Part shown: positions 42,501 through 52,890 of the stretch, piece after piece | Numbering within the stretch: position 1 is the first letter of the stretch | How the letters are laid out: each line of letters starts with the position of its first letter | Program-made: the position numbers and the translations under genes | Source: Wickerhamiella versatilis | Lineage: Eukaryota | Assembly: GCA_030867685.1 (NCBI GenBank) | Contig: JAQOWU010000008.1 | Coordinates: 1,054,001 to 1,118,000, forward strand | DNA length: 64,000 bases | Direction of reading: 5' to 3' | Notes under the pieces: model-generated | The model's database searches: none | Seen by the model: the letters and a program-made list of their open reading frames with translations, nothing else | What the model was told of the DNA's origin: nothing

Positions 42501-42650
42501 TGCCTTCTATGTGAACGCCCAGCACGCACCCAGGTGGCTGTATGCGGTGTGTGCAGCCATGTGATGCATCGACAATGTGCGGAGCAGTGGTGGAAAACTG
42601 CAAGTGAGTGTCCATCTGGGTGTGGATGCTACTGCTTGGATGACCTGTAA
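39576..42650 (+). CDS. MTC5: SEA/GATOR2 subunit Sea3/WDR59
   Basis: SPSGRDVALASR.GL...DL..PF.PPRWL, WD40 repeats, RWD domain, C-terminal RING C..C...H..H..C...W...CPSGCGC.C. Confidence 0.93.
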   Translation: MARLSVRADNGVGSITLSPSGRDVALASRSGLYVLDLQSPFTPPRWLPLFSAWEVANCQWCPHPQRPTWVMSTCNHKAVVWNLALPSDRAVEYELRGHRRTVTDVNFSPNKPDLVATCSIDTTINIWDLRSPSGPKQTFADFVAGASRARLSAFDPHLIYSSHDNRLVLWDDRMNNRPLLNFVAHDGKINSLRFYDYNGKPEVITGSTDRSVKLWDLTGAAKEEPVIELRTAFPVWRVVEAPKSSGVLVVPLRGGENRVFAIDMSTIPHGKHSWPDVVQEFGGHEAPVREALWRRCNTEQGYDVVTWSRDGHLRLLDFGKAPGAKDLGPPPRRDYSFHLEPQGTHKNFQENRGCYRLPVFTRPLKNANAQLDWIAGVQLKSPAGSSFPPPLNRSATSTSLSLASRRGPDYARFSREVTLVSSKFPNIRFESVDVAAGLCTLTLRGPWGSNDAMVGLRVQVTAPPEYPWVPLKCDIEEDPSVPAAVFANIDAFLETSMSELASRGQPAFEVCLRYLMGESVSLDNIEDLDDAIDSTDEDISEELEADEDSAEEALSDDSDSDIDMSSPMPGKPAIDSTPLPKNCGCVWSASGVLVCFFNRQVSQRDRGPMPLDRIFAGSDSDSDSYGSDSEGSFLDTNPGPNWSVTAARLTAKSLNRVSGATSDNLSTEFPSENDKEAEHIVWLQDMKHLMPCRPDIASEYRTEFGGDPCELATHNAAVAEKYDRHEDSYFWRLLERFLITDRSFGGVTYDWSEHPFGSRGLLKDIALHLEKKQNYQLLAGLACIIALYHKPDITSAQPMEETTETLYRLEMGWDGTVQTNMVAHRKSGPRDGAVLSPWQSAGDKGAALCTGRHNSEVSGISPGTMSMSGSSLNLLSQPSSPPTQVGPSSKFSEVSVQIRTDKSFDYEYFDDNSNTDGYIDWVPSVIHYRRLYAAMLAAWNLDIKRLEQLKFNNAELTIRVPDADHRIWADARRATCLLCERPARTQVAVCGVCSHVMHRQCAEQWWKTASECPSGCGCYCLDDL

Positions 42651-42681
42651 TATTACCATATTTAACTACGCATTTAAAAAC

Positions 42682-43692
42682 TTAGCCTTCTATGACTTGT
42701 ACGTGTGTCTTTCTCTTCTTCTTTTTTACGGGGGCCGCTGGTAGATCGTTTTCACTTTCATTATCCGTTGCATCCTCGGATTTTGTCTCTTTAGCAGTGT
42801 ATTTTTCGACATCATCCGGGACAAGACAGACACAATTCAAACGTTCTGAGGCATCATATACTGCTATTTCTTCCCATTTCTTTGAGTCCCATACTACAAT
42901 GGCACCATCTGATGATATGGATGCCATAGTATCGCCGAGGAATGCAAAGTGCTTTACTCGTGTTTTGTGGCCTTTGAGTATATTTACAACCTCACCATCT
43001 TTATATATGACAATAGAGCCATCATTTAACCCAACGACTAGATGATTGTCGTCTGAGTATGCCAGGTGTTGCAATCCTGAGCTCAATTCCACTGTAAGAT
43101 CAGGCTTAGTAGCTGATGTACACCAACAGATCTTTCTATCGTATCCAATCACAAACTTGTTTCCTCCTGGAATCCATGCAACTTTACGGGGCGTATCAGA
43201 GAGTTTCTGGATCGATGCTTTATGGCCTGTCATCAAGTTCCAGAGGAATAAACGTCGGTCATCGCCTACACTTAGGGCCACTTTACCAGTGGGATGAATG
43301 GCAATATCAGCTACAGCTGCCTTATGGCCTTTTAATTCACCAAGAAGCTCCCAATCCTTGACCCGCCAAATACAAATTTTCCCATCACCACCTCCTGAAA
43401 GCAACCATTTTGCATGGAAAAACTCCAAACACAAGATTTGCCCAGAATGATGAATCAGAGTTCCTACTTCTCTTCGTCGCTGAAGATCATAAAGTCTTAT
43501 AATTTCGTCATTGGACCCGCTGACCAGCCAGCGTTTCGAGGAGGCTACACATCTGATAGATTGAGTATGTGGTGCAAAATGAAAAATAGGTACGAATATT
43601 GTTCCCTTTGGAGTGTTATTTAATGCAACGCATAGTAGATTATGCTCGTACGAGCCCGTAATAACCCGAATGGCACCGCTTTTAGCGTCCAT
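42682..43692 (-). CDS. MAK11: WD40 60S biogenesis factor Mak11/PAK1IP1
   Basis: I.GSYEHNL, PIFHF..H..SI, LVSGSNDE.IRLYDLQ.R.E.G.L..H, HPTGKVALSV. Confidence 0.95.
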   Translation of the reverse strand: MDAKSGAIRVITGSYEHNLLCVALNNTPKGTIFVPIFHFAPHTQSIRCVASSKRWLVSGSNDEIIRLYDLQRRREVGTLIHHSGQILCLEFFHAKWLLSGGGDGKICIWRVKDWELLGELKGHKAAVADIAIHPTGKVALSVGDDRRLFLWNLMTGHKASIQKLSDTPRKVAWIPGGNKFVIGYDRKICWCTSATKPDLTVELSSGLQHLAYSDDNHLVVGLNDGSIVIYKDGEVVNILKGHKTRVKHFAFLGDTMASISSDGAIVVWDSKKWEEIAVYDASERLNCVCLVPDDVEKYTAKETKSEDATDNESENDLPAAPVKKKKRKTHVQVIEG

Positions 43693-44304
43693 ATATTTTT
43701 TCTCAAAAAAATATTAATAAGGATATCACCGGTGGTGGTGGTGTAGCTATTCGCGTAACACTCTGAAGAATTACAGGATATATGTACTATGAGTCGCCGG
43801 ATTTAGCAAAAATTATATATCTCTACTAGGAAAAGTGTGTTTGTTGTCAGAAATATGCCTTAGAAGAGGTGAATGTTGACGATATTGAACGTGGGCTTAG
43901 AAATACCACCGTACCAGGCCATCGCACTGATGCTTATCACAACAATGTGATGCAGAAATCTAGATTGCAAGGACCTGCTCGTGCAGTACCTGCTCATGGG
44001 CAGTCAAGTCGTGACACCAGCCAAACTTTAAAACAATTGCGAAGACTCAGATATGAACAGAAATTTCGCAACGCAGCCTACTATTGATGGTGCTATCTAT
44101 TCTTGCTTCGCAATAGGTATGCATTTTGAATTCTATATAATGTCAAACCTTTGATAGGCAACCTTGCAATTAAGCTTAGCAAAGCCTACATCTTGCAGCA
44201 CCTTTTCTGCCGCGCGCATGCCGCCAAGAGACGGCCGAGCTTAAAATTCGGATTGGTACTTATATGAGCATAGAGTTATCTCTCAATCACAAAAAAAAAT
44301 AACA

Positions 44305-44820
44305 ATGCTTAGTTCCACTGTGTTTCTTCTTCTGGTCCAGGCTGCATTGAGTGCACCTCAAGGTACCTCCAGCATATCTCCTCAGGATGCTGCTGCACCA
44401 ACCACCGCTGGTTCTGCACCAAGTGTATCAAATTCTCAGCCACTACAGGCCCCTCCTGCTAGCTCTTCTTATGGCGTTGCTGGTGCACCCGGACCCACCC
44501 ATTCTCATGGCTATAGTGACGGCAGTTATGATGGTGGCTATCAAGGTAATGGCTATTACGGTAATGGCTATTACGGTAATGGTTACGGCAATGGATATGA
44601 CAATGGGTACGATAATGGATATGGTAACGGGTACCAAGGTGATGGCTATGGTAATAGGGGCGGATACGGAGGAGGCAATTACAATGGCTATGATGGCTAT
44701 GATGGAGAGGGAGACGGTTACGATGGCCACCGTGGAGATGGATATGATAGTGGCTACGGTGGATATGATAATGGCTCTGAAGATGGTTATTACAATGAGC
44801 GCGGACGTAATGTTAACTAG
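44305..44820 (+). CDS. Orphan secreted Gly/Tyr/Asn/Asp-rich protein
   Basis: Signal peptide MLSSTVFLLLVQAALS-AP followed by GNGY/DNGY/DGY repeats. Confidence 0.8.
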   Translation: MLSSTVFLLLVQAALSAPQGTSSISPQDAAAPTTAGSAPSVSNSQPLQAPPASSSYGVAGAPGPTHSHGYSDGSYDGGYQGNGYYGNGYYGNGYGNGYDNGYDNGYGNGYQGDGYGNRGGYGGGNYNGYDGYDGEGDGYDGHRGDGYDSGYGGYDNGSEDGYYNERGRNVN

Positions 44821-44996
44821 ACCCATATGTCATAGATTCAATAATCCCACCTTCGAAAAAAAGGAAGTAAATTCCTTGAATTAGCCATAGACTTGAAAAG
44901 CCCACTCACTTCGTAAAGCTGATTATTGACCCTTACCCCATATTGCAGACCACGTCAGGTAGGTAAGCATTTAGTTGTAGTATTTCATCGTGAGTC

Positions 44997-47900
44997 ATGG
45001 TGGAGGAACCTCTGCGCGTGAATATATTGGGCCGCGATTCCATCGTAGTTGGCTATGATGTCGAGGCTCAAATTGCTTCTGAGACAATAGAGACTACGAA
45101 CTCATCTACCTATGTGCTTGTTAGTGATAGTAACCTGAAGAATGTCGGACATGTTGATCGGCTTGCGAAGATATTTCGAGACCAGCTTAACGAAGGCCAA
45201 AGACTTCTTGAGATAATAATTTCACCAGGAGAAATGTCAAAAAGTAGAGAAACGAAAGCATGGGTCGAGGATTATATGTTAAGTCAAGGATGCACGAGGG
45301 ATACTGTGATTCTAGCATTTGGTGGAGGTGTTATAGGCGATATGATTGGCTATGTGGCAGCAACTTTCATGCGTGGTATCCGATTTGTCCAGATCCCTAC
45401 TACTTTGCTTGCTATGGTAGACTCCAGTATTGGAGGAAAAACGGCGATTGACACTCCAACGGGGAAGAATTTAATTGGCGCCTTTTGGCAGCCAGTTTTT
45501 AATTTTTTGGATGTCCGCTATCTTGAAACTCTTCCTGAGAGGGAATTCATCAATGGCATGGCAGAGGTAATCAAAACTGCTGCAATTTGGGATGAGTCTG
45601 AGTTTACCCGCCTGGAGCGAATTCAGCCAGACTTCTTTGATGTGCTTTCTCGCCGGACGCGAGGTACAGTAGATATTACCCCCATAAAGGACGAGATACT
45701 AGCAGTAGTTGCTGGATCTGCACGGATCAAGGCAGATATTGTCAATAAGGACGAACGTGAGGGCGGGCTGCGTAACATTGTTAACTTCGGCCATACAATC
45801 GGCCATGCCTACGAGGCGCTATTAACTCCTCATATATTGCATGGTGAGTGCGTGAGTATTGGGATGGTGTTAGAGGCAGAGTTATCCAGGCATTTGGGGA
45901 GACTATCAGCTGCAAGTGTGGCACGTCTGGCTGCCTGTCTCAAAAGCTATCAATTACCGGTGACTGTAAATGATCCGTTGGTAATGAAGAGGTCACACAA
46001 TAAGTTCTGCAAAATGGATGACCTGTTGAAGGCGATGGCTGTAGACAAGAAAAACGAAGGCTCCAAAAAGAAAGCTGTACTACTTAAATCAATTGGCGAG
46101 TGTAGCGAACCACGTGCAACTGTTGTTACAGATTCAGATATCCGATTTGTGATAGGGGACAAGGTTGGGATACAAGCACCTGTTGGGGGTGAAATTCGGG
46201 ATAAGGAGTTTGAAGTCCTACCCCCAGGATCAAAGTCCATATCCAATCGTGTTCTAGTTTTGAGTGCCTTAGGAGAGGGAACCTGCCGAATCCATAACCT
46301 TCTGCACTCTGATGACACGGGTTACATGCTTGATTCGTTGCAGAAATTAAATGCCGCTCATATATCGAAAGAGAATGGTGGAGATGTAATCGTGGTCTCA
46401 GGTAATGGGGGGAAGCTCCATGCCCCAGAGGATGATTTGTATCTTGGTAACGCAGGAACAGCTGCTCGCTTTTTGAGCGCTCTGTCGTGTCTTGTGGAGG
46501 GGGAAGTGTGCTTGAATGGTAATAAGCGCATGCAAGAGCGCCCAATAGGACCCCTCGTTGATGCATTGAGGGTAAATGGTACGGCTATAGATTACAGGAA
46601 AAAGCAGGGATCATTACCTTTGATTGTACACGGCAAGGGACTGCAGGGCGGAAGAATCGAATTAGCCGCCGATATAAGCTCTCAATATGTCTCAGCAGTA
46701 CTTATGTGTGCGCCTTATGCCCGGGAGCCTGTCACGCTGGCTCTCATGGGTCGACCTGTCTCTCAGTTTTATATCGACATGACTATTCAAATGATGGCAG
46801 ATTTTGGTGTAGTCGTGGAAAAACTTCCAAACTGGGAATATCGCATCCCGCAAAAGAACTACAAGAACCCTGAAAAATATGTAGTGGAATCTGATGCCAG
46901 CAGTGCTACCTACCCACTTGCACTAGCCGCCCTGACAGGAACTAAGTGTACTGTGCCATCAATTGGCACGCGCAGTCTTCAAGGTGATGCGCGTTTTGCT
47001 ATGGATGTTTTGAAACCTATGGGCTGTACAGTGACTCAAACTGAAAATTCCACTACTGTCCAAGGACCCGTCAAACTAAAGGGTCGAGGGCTTGTGGATA
47101 TGGAGCCCATGACTGATGCTTTCTTGACCGCATGCGTAGTTGCTGCTTTTGCAGAAGGAACAACAGAGATCGTAGGAATTGCCAATCAACATGTTAAGGA
47201 GTGCGATCGTATCAATGCCATGGCTACAGAACTCGGAAAATTCGGCGTTAAATGTGTAGAAAAAGAAGATGGTATTGTTGTCGAAGGTGGTATTCATGGC
47301 CCAAGTCCAAAAAATTTGCACAGTTATGATGATCATCGCGTAGCTATGAGTATGTCACTCGCTGCACTGGCTTCTCTACCTACAGCGGAAAATCCAGTTG
47401 TAATTGACGAGCGGAGGTGTGTGGAAAAGACGTGGCCTGGATGGTGGGACACGCTTGCAATGCTTGGAATTCCATTACAGGGATTTCAGGCGCCACCAGT
47501 CGTACAAGGGCAAACCAAGCACAATTCCATTATAATTATTGGCATGCGTGGTGCGGGTAAGACTTCTTCTGGTAGCGAACTTGCTCGTCTGCTCGGTTGG
47601 AAATTTGCTGATTTGGATGTTCTAATTGAGCAGGGTGGAAGAACTGTGGGAGAAATTATTCACAGTGAAGGTTGGGATTTCTTTAGAGAATACGAGGCCA
47701 AGGTATTACAGAGTTGGATTAGGGAGCATCCCTATGAGAATATCTTGGCTTCAGGCGGTGGCATTGTAGAGACAGAAATTGGACGTGCTACACTGAAGAG
47801 TCATAATGGTGATATTGTTCATATACACCGGCCTCTATCAGATATTGTGTCTTATTTAACAAAAGACAAGACTCGTCCAGCGTATGGTGAAGATATTGTC

Positions 47901-49526
47901 GCCGTCTGGCAGAGACGCGAGAAATACTATGAGGAAATTGCGACTCGCCACTTTTTCCAGGCGACAGAAATTAATGCCGATGCCCTAAGAAGAACAATTT
48001 TCCCCGAGTACACGCATGAGGATCGTCGTTCCTATTTTGTATCATTGACAGCGGACCCATCTGTGATAAATATTGCTGAGTTTACTCAAGGTGCACAGGC
48101 AGTTGAATTGCGAGTAGATTTATTGTCTTCCCAGACTGCTGAACATATTGCCAAGGAAATTGCACTCTTAAGATCTCTTTGCACTTTACCTGTGGTTTAT
48201 ACAGTACGCACTGCTGAACAGGGAGGAAAATTCGTAGGCAATTGTTCGGAATATGCTAAGCTCATTGAGCTGGGTTATAAATTGGGTGCTGATTATGTTG
48301 ATATAGAGCTCAGTCAGCCTGCTGAGCTCCAGAAGAAGCTCAAAGCAGCAAAGGGTGTATCAAGAATAATTGCAAGCCATCATGATCCACGTGGACAACT
48401 GACTTGGGATAGCATGGAGTGGAAAACTTTGTTTTTTGAGGGTACAAGACTTGGGGATATAATCAAGTTTGTTGGATATGCTCATTCATTTGAACAAAAC
48501 TTGGAGTTGGAGCGATTTAGGGCGAGTGTTTCACACTCTGGAATTCCATTCATCGGCATAAATATGGGTCCATTGGGACAATTGAGTCGCGTTTTAAATC
48601 CAGTACTTACTCCTGTATCTCATGAAGGGCTTGGAACTAAAGCTGCCCCTGGACAACTTTCAATCCGTGAGATCAACGTTAGGCTTTCGGATATTGGTGG
48701 GCTGAGTCCAAAGCAGTTCTTTGTTTGTGGATCCCCCATAAACCACTCACAGTCACCGAATCTTCATAATGCCTCCTATGCGGCTCTTGGTCTACCGCAT
48801 AGATATAATAGGTTTGAGACGAAAAGCTGGGATGATGTCTTAAGCCATATCAAGAAATTGGGTTCAGACTTTGGTGGGTGCTCAGTCACCATTCCGCTGA
48901 AAGAACAAGTTGTAGTTGACGAAGTGACCAAAGAGGCGACTCTAATTGGAGCAGTAAATACTGTTTCTCGCAACTCTTGTGGTAAGCTCGTAGGTGATAA
49001 CACGGACTGGATAGGTATTGTGGAGACTTTTGCAAAGTTTGGATTGGCCAGGGCTTCAGGCAGTGAGTCTGCAGTGATTTTAGGAGCGGGAGGTACTAGT
49101 CTTGCCGCAGTATATGCCTTGCATCATCTCGGATTTAGCACAATTTACATCTTGAATCGAGGCCAAGAAAATGCACATAGGGTGGCGTCGCACTTTCCAG
49201 CGGAATACAGAGTCCAGGTACTCGAACCAGGGGCAAAAGAGCCACCTGAGGTTCGTGCAATTGTGAGTTGTATACCTGGTGATATTACTATTCCTTCAGG
49301 AATTCTTAGTACTCTTCGAAATATTCTGGATGCAAATATCGCAGGCAAGCGATACCTGCTTGAAGCAGCGTATAAGCCTGATGTCACTAATGTGATGTCT
49401 GAAGCAAAGAGTCACAATTGGATTGTGATACCAGGGAGGGAGATGCTTGTTCGTCAAGGAGTTGCTCAATTTAAACTATGGACAGGAATGGAAGCACTAA
49501 TCGCAGCAGAAAAAGCAGTCCTATAA
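44997..49526 (+). CDS. ARO1: Pentafunctional AROM protein
   Basis: DHQ synthase (GGGVIGD, NFGHTIGHA), EPSP synthase (PGSKSISNR, LGNAGTA, DDHRVAM), shikimate kinase (GMRGAGKT), DHQase, shikimate dehydrogenase (AAPGQ, GDNTD). Confidence 0.99.
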   Translation: MVEEPLRVNILGRDSIVVGYDVEAQIASETIETTNSSTYVLVSDSNLKNVGHVDRLAKIFRDQLNEGQRLLEIIISPGEMSKSRETKAWVEDYMLSQGCTRDTVILAFGGGVIGDMIGYVAATFMRGIRFVQIPTTLLAMVDSSIGGKTAIDTPTGKNLIGAFWQPVFNFLDVRYLETLPEREFINGMAEVIKTAAIWDESEFTRLERIQPDFFDVLSRRTRGTVDITPIKDEILAVVAGSARIKADIVNKDEREGGLRNIVNFGHTIGHAYEALLTPHILHGECVSIGMVLEAELSRHLGRLSAASVARLAACLKSYQLPVTVNDPLVMKRSHNKFCKMDDLLKAMAVDKKNEGSKKKAVLLKSIGECSEPRATVVTDSDIRFVIGDKVGIQAPVGGEIRDKEFEVLPPGSKSISNRVLVLSALGEGTCRIHNLLHSDDTGYMLDSLQKLNAAHISKENGGDVIVVSGNGGKLHAPEDDLYLGNAGTAARFLSALSCLVEGEVCLNGNKRMQERPIGPLVDALRVNGTAIDYRKKQGSLPLIVHGKGLQGGRIELAADISSQYVSAVLMCAPYAREPVTLALMGRPVSQFYIDMTIQMMADFGVVVEKLPNWEYRIPQKNYKNPEKYVVESDASSATYPLALAALTGTKCTVPSIGTRSLQGDARFAMDVLKPMGCTVTQTENSTTVQGPVKLKGRGLVDMEPMTDAFLTACVVAAFAEGTTEIVGIANQHVKECDRINAMATELGKFGVKCVEKEDGIVVEGGIHGPSPKNLHSYDDHRVAMSMSLAALASLPTAENPVVIDERRCVEKTWPGWWDTLAMLGIPLQGFQAPPVVQGQTKHNSIIIIGMRGAGKTSSGSELARLLGWKFADLDVLIEQGGRTVGEIIHSEGWDFFREYEAKVLQSWIREHPYENILASGGGIVETEIGRATLKSHNGDIVHIHRPLSDIVSYLTKDKTRPAYGEDIVAVWQRREKYYEEIATRHFFQATEINADALRRTIFPEYTHEDRRSYFVSLTADPSVINIAEFTQGAQAVELRVDLLSSQTAEHIAKEIALLRSLCTLPVVYTVRTAEQGGKFVGNCSEYAKLIELGYKLGADYVDIELSQPAELQKKLKAAKGVSRIIASHHDPRGQLTWDSMEWKTLFFEGTRLGDIIKFVGYAHSFEQNLELERFRASVSHSGIPFIGINMGPLGQLSRVLNPVLTPVSHEGLGTKAAPGQLSIREINVRLSDIGGLSPKQFFVCGSPINHSQSPNLHNASYAALGLPHRYNRFETKSWDDVLSHIKKLGSDFGGCSVTIPLKEQVVVDEVTKEATLIGAVNTVSRNSCGKLVGDNTDWIGIVETFAKFGLARASGSESAVILGAGGTSLAAVYALHHLGFSTIYILNRGQENAHRVASHFPAEYRVQVLEPGAKEPPEVRAIVSCIPGDITIPSGILSTLRNILDANIAGKRYLLEAAYKPDVTNVMSEAKSHNWIVIPGREMLVRQGVAQFKLWTGMEALIAAEKAVL

Positions 49527-49578
49527 ATAGTATATCTACTCTAAGCGTATCTTTTGATTATTTGCCTAGCTAAACTTT

Positions 49579-52149
49579 TCAAATGGTTTTAAAGCAAAGA
49601 AAAGTGAACTGTTCCTTCCGCAGAGCTCCTTCGATAATTGTTCGCACGTGAGCTCTAGGACCTTCTTGTCCAGACCATACCGACTTGTCGCTACTCAAGC
49701 TCTTGATCTGGTCGAAAATAAGCTGACATACTCTGTGGGTTTCTGGCATGCCTAAATGGGCGCTCGCTGAACGTACAAATTCTAGGTCAGCCACAGTTTG
49801 AAGTGTACCAAATGTACCTAATGTGTCGAGCTCGCGTAAACTTGACAAAAGACATGTTAAAAAATGATGATAGAGAGTATGTAAAACTTCGCGAATTCTC
49901 TGAGGACACAGTTCAAGGAACATTGAATGAATATTCACTAAAACAAATAGACTTTCGTAAACATAGCCAGAAATCATAGTTGGGTTGGATTTTGAACGAG
50001 CCCACTTGTCTGCCTGTGCTATAACCTGTTCAGATACTATACGTGACAATTGAGCCTTTTTCTTTTGACCAAATAAACCAAAGAGGCTCGTAGAAAGATG
50101 ATCTAAAACAGGCTCAACGACACCGTTTGTTGTGTCAGAATCCTGATGCACAAGGGCCTCAAATTTCTCATATAGCTGGGGTAGCACGGAGACACGAATT
50201 TTATCCAGGTCATTGAGAGTCACCAGAACCTTTTTATCTTGTCCGATTGGTTTCGGCCAAAATTCAGACCGTGGAACAGACTTTTCAGATTCGACAAGAT
50301 AATTATTGATGCTTTTCAGACATAAACTAATCGCCGCAGGAAAAATCGAAGCTACCCTCTTGCTAGTGGCAGCTTGTGTATTTCCACTACCTCGAGCGGG
50401 ATCTTTGAAAAGTTTCAGGCGCTCAAGTACAAGCAAATGGAAATTCTCAAAAACTTGGGGAAGTGTGCCGTCCCAATTTTGCAGGTCTCCAAATACTTGT
50501 GAGTCACGCGTCCAACATTCGCAAAGCGTTTTGACAAATTGCTCATTCGCTACTTCTAAAGCACCACTAAAAGCATTCTGAGGGCCAAGAAGGTCTGAAA
50601 GTTCGGCATTTATAACGGAGAGAATATCCAATAGCTTTGTGAGGTACTTTGCAGATGCAAGTACATTGGTGTTAAGAGGCAAAAAGCTCAATGTTGGCTC
50701 CTCTAATGAGGTATCACGTTGATGCATTGAAGCAATTGGAAGAGCCATATGCTTAGGAGTGGGGACGGTCAACGACTCACGGAGTCTACCTGCCACAGTT
50801 TCAACTAATGCAAGACATTTACCTGTAATCTCTTTGTCTTGCTGATCTGTAAAGCGCAGCCTAACATCTTTACGTCCATGCTGCAAAGCTGCACATTCAC
50901 GATAAAATATGCTGGCTCGAGACATTATATTTTGGAGGTCTCCAAAAAGTTCCACTAGAACCACCCAACCCTCAATGACATCTGAGTTGTCTACAACTAA
51001 ATCAGCCAACGGATCTCTGACATCCCAATCTACATCGTCATTTTTACTGAGCTGAGAGCATCTGGTATCAGTATACTTTATTAGGAAAGGGGCCAGTGAC
51101 AACTTCCGGTCTGAATCCATCGCTTCCATGGCCAGTAAATTAGATCTCAGTGTCAACTGATCAAATAGCTCCTCAAGCTGTGTTTGAAAAATACTAATTT
51201 GGTGATTCATCCAGTCTACAGCGGGGTTCTGTTGAACACCGAGGTCCACTAGACGTCGAAGGTATGGTGCATACGCTTCATCAGCAGGAGTATCCATCAG
51301 TTTTTTCCACAGTTGTGAGCGATATTCATCAAGACAAGCTTCCAACTGAGCAGAGACTAGGCGCTCTAGACGAGTGCTCTTGAAATTAAGCAGATGGTCT
51401 GTACCACGCTTGAATTCACGAACAAATTTATCATGCTCTCTCTGCTTTATCAGCTTTTTCAGTGTGCTTGGAAGGCCCAATAATGATCTTTGCTCTTGAA
51501 TTGTTTGTAGAGCTGCCTGATAGTGGGTTCTTTGTTGGCTATAGCTTTCGAGGGGCCGGATGCTCAGAGTCATTCTAGCACTGAGTTCTTCCAACAGCCC
51601 TTGTAGATCAGAAGTTCCAAATTTCGTTGATTCATTTATATGATCCTCGGCTGCGCGTGCCATGACCTCGTCAAGACGCCGCTTTGATGATACGTATTTT
51701 TCGTAGTCGTCATCAACAAGATTGCGAAGGCCCGTCTCATCACTTTCACGTGATAGATGCAAGTGTTTGAGTCCTCGTCTCAGGCTTTCTCGAGACTCAT
51801 CGCCATGTAGGACTGTCAAAAAAAGTCGCGGATTGAACTTAGTGGAGGATAATAAATATTTCGCCCTCTCCGCTGGATCATTGACATTAATTCCATGGCT
51901 TCGAAGCGCATCAAGAATCGACTGTCCACCCCCCAAAGGATCAACCTCATCCACTAGGGAATCGTGGCGGCCACCATTGCTCTCAATACTAGCCATGAAC
52001 TGTTCAAGCAAGGCTGCTCTTGACGAATCATTAGGGTCCTCTACATCATCCTCGATAGAATCAAGAGGCACTGCACCACTTGTTTCTGTCCAGCGTTCTG
52101 GAAAATCAGAATCAAGATCGTACACCTTCCATATTGCCCCACGATCCAT
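49579..52149 (-). CDS. SEC5: Exocyst subunit Sec5
   Basis: DPLG, YLLSSTKFNPRLFL..LH, GL..L.......LRNLV.DDY.KYV..K, C-terminal Q..ADLEF. Confidence 0.85.
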   Translation of the reverse strand: MDRGAIWKVYDLDSDFPERWTETSGAVPLDSIEDDVEDPNDSSRAALLEQFMASIESNGGRHDSLVDEVDPLGGGQSILDALRSHGINVNDPAERAKYLLSSTKFNPRLFLTVLHGDESRESLRRGLKHLHLSRESDETGLRNLVDDDYEKYVSSKRRLDEVMARAAEDHINESTKFGTSDLQGLLEELSARMTLSIRPLESYSQQRTHYQAALQTIQEQRSLLGLPSTLKKLIKQREHDKFVREFKRGTDHLLNFKSTRLERLVSAQLEACLDEYRSQLWKKLMDTPADEAYAPYLRRLVDLGVQQNPAVDWMNHQISIFQTQLEELFDQLTLRSNLLAMEAMDSDRKLSLAPFLIKYTDTRCSQLSKNDDVDWDVRDPLADLVVDNSDVIEGWVVLVELFGDLQNIMSRASIFYRECAALQHGRKDVRLRFTDQQDKEITGKCLALVETVAGRLRESLTVPTPKHMALPIASMHQRDTSLEEPTLSFLPLNTNVLASAKYLTKLLDILSVINAELSDLLGPQNAFSGALEVANEQFVKTLCECWTRDSQVFGDLQNWDGTLPQVFENFHLLVLERLKLFKDPARGSGNTQAATSKRVASIFPAAISLCLKSINNYLVESEKSVPRSEFWPKPIGQDKKVLVTLNDLDKIRVSVLPQLYEKFEALVHQDSDTTNGVVEPVLDHLSTSLFGLFGQKKKAQLSRIVSEQVIAQADKWARSKSNPTMISGYVYESLFVLVNIHSMFLELCPQRIREVLHTLYHHFLTCLLSSLRELDTLGTFGTLQTVADLEFVRSASAHLGMPETHRVCQLIFDQIKSLSSDKSVWSGQEGPRAHVRTIIEGALRKEQFTFLCFKTI

Positions 52150-52335
52150 GACTCAGCGGTTACTCGCACAGCAGGAAACCTATAGAAGTGCGATCCATTA
52201 ACACCTGACCCCAGCCAGACCTTATTTTACGCTGTGAGAGATACATCTATTATATTCTGAGCTTAGTATAAACCACCAGTATTTTGTCATAATTCAGAGT
52301 TAAGTTCATACGATGCGCTCTATCTGCTTTGTCAC

Positions 52336-52890
52336 ATGGACATCGCCAGTGTTGATGAGGCCCCGTCCAATGTTTCAACATTGGTTACAATAGAAGAAGC
52401 ATTCGCTCTTTTTAAAAAAGATATGGAAGAGGAAGGTTTGACAGATGTGACACGGCTGGGTTCCTGGTCAGTGTCCACGTATAAAAAAGGATGTGGAGTG
52501 GATAAACTTCTGGATAATAGCCCACATACTTACTGGCAATCTGATGGACCACAGCCGCATACCATAGAAGCGCGTTTTAGTAAACTCACGCGTATTTCGA
52601 CAATTGGTGTTTTCGCGGACTTAGCGAGTGACGAGTCGTATACGCCCAGTAGCATTACTGTGTATACTGGTACAACTCAGAACGATTTAGTGCCAATATA
52701 CACTTATCAACTCGATATGCCTGAAGGGTGGAGTTGTCTTGTGTTAAAAAAAAATGAACGCACCGGAATTCCATGTTTTCTTTTGAGGATGATAATAAAC
52801 GCAAATCATCATAATGGCAAAGATACACATGTTAGGGCTGTGCGTATATTCAGTCCTCTAGAGCAAACTAACCAATTTTCTATAAGATGA
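52336..52890 (+). CDS. DOC1: APC/C subunit Apc10/Doc1
   Basis: WSVS..K.G.GV..L, TYWQSDGPQPH, DESYTP, NH.NGKDTHVR, C-terminal IR tail. Confidence 0.95.
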   Translation: MDIASVDEAPSNVSTLVTIEEAFALFKKDMEEEGLTDVTRLGSWSVSTYKKGCGVDKLLDNSPHTYWQSDGPQPHTIEARFSKLTRISTIGVFADLASDESYTPSSITVYTGTTQNDLVPIYTYQLDMPEGWSCLVLKKNERTGIPCFLLRMIINANHHNGKDTHVRAVRIFSPLEQTNQFSIR

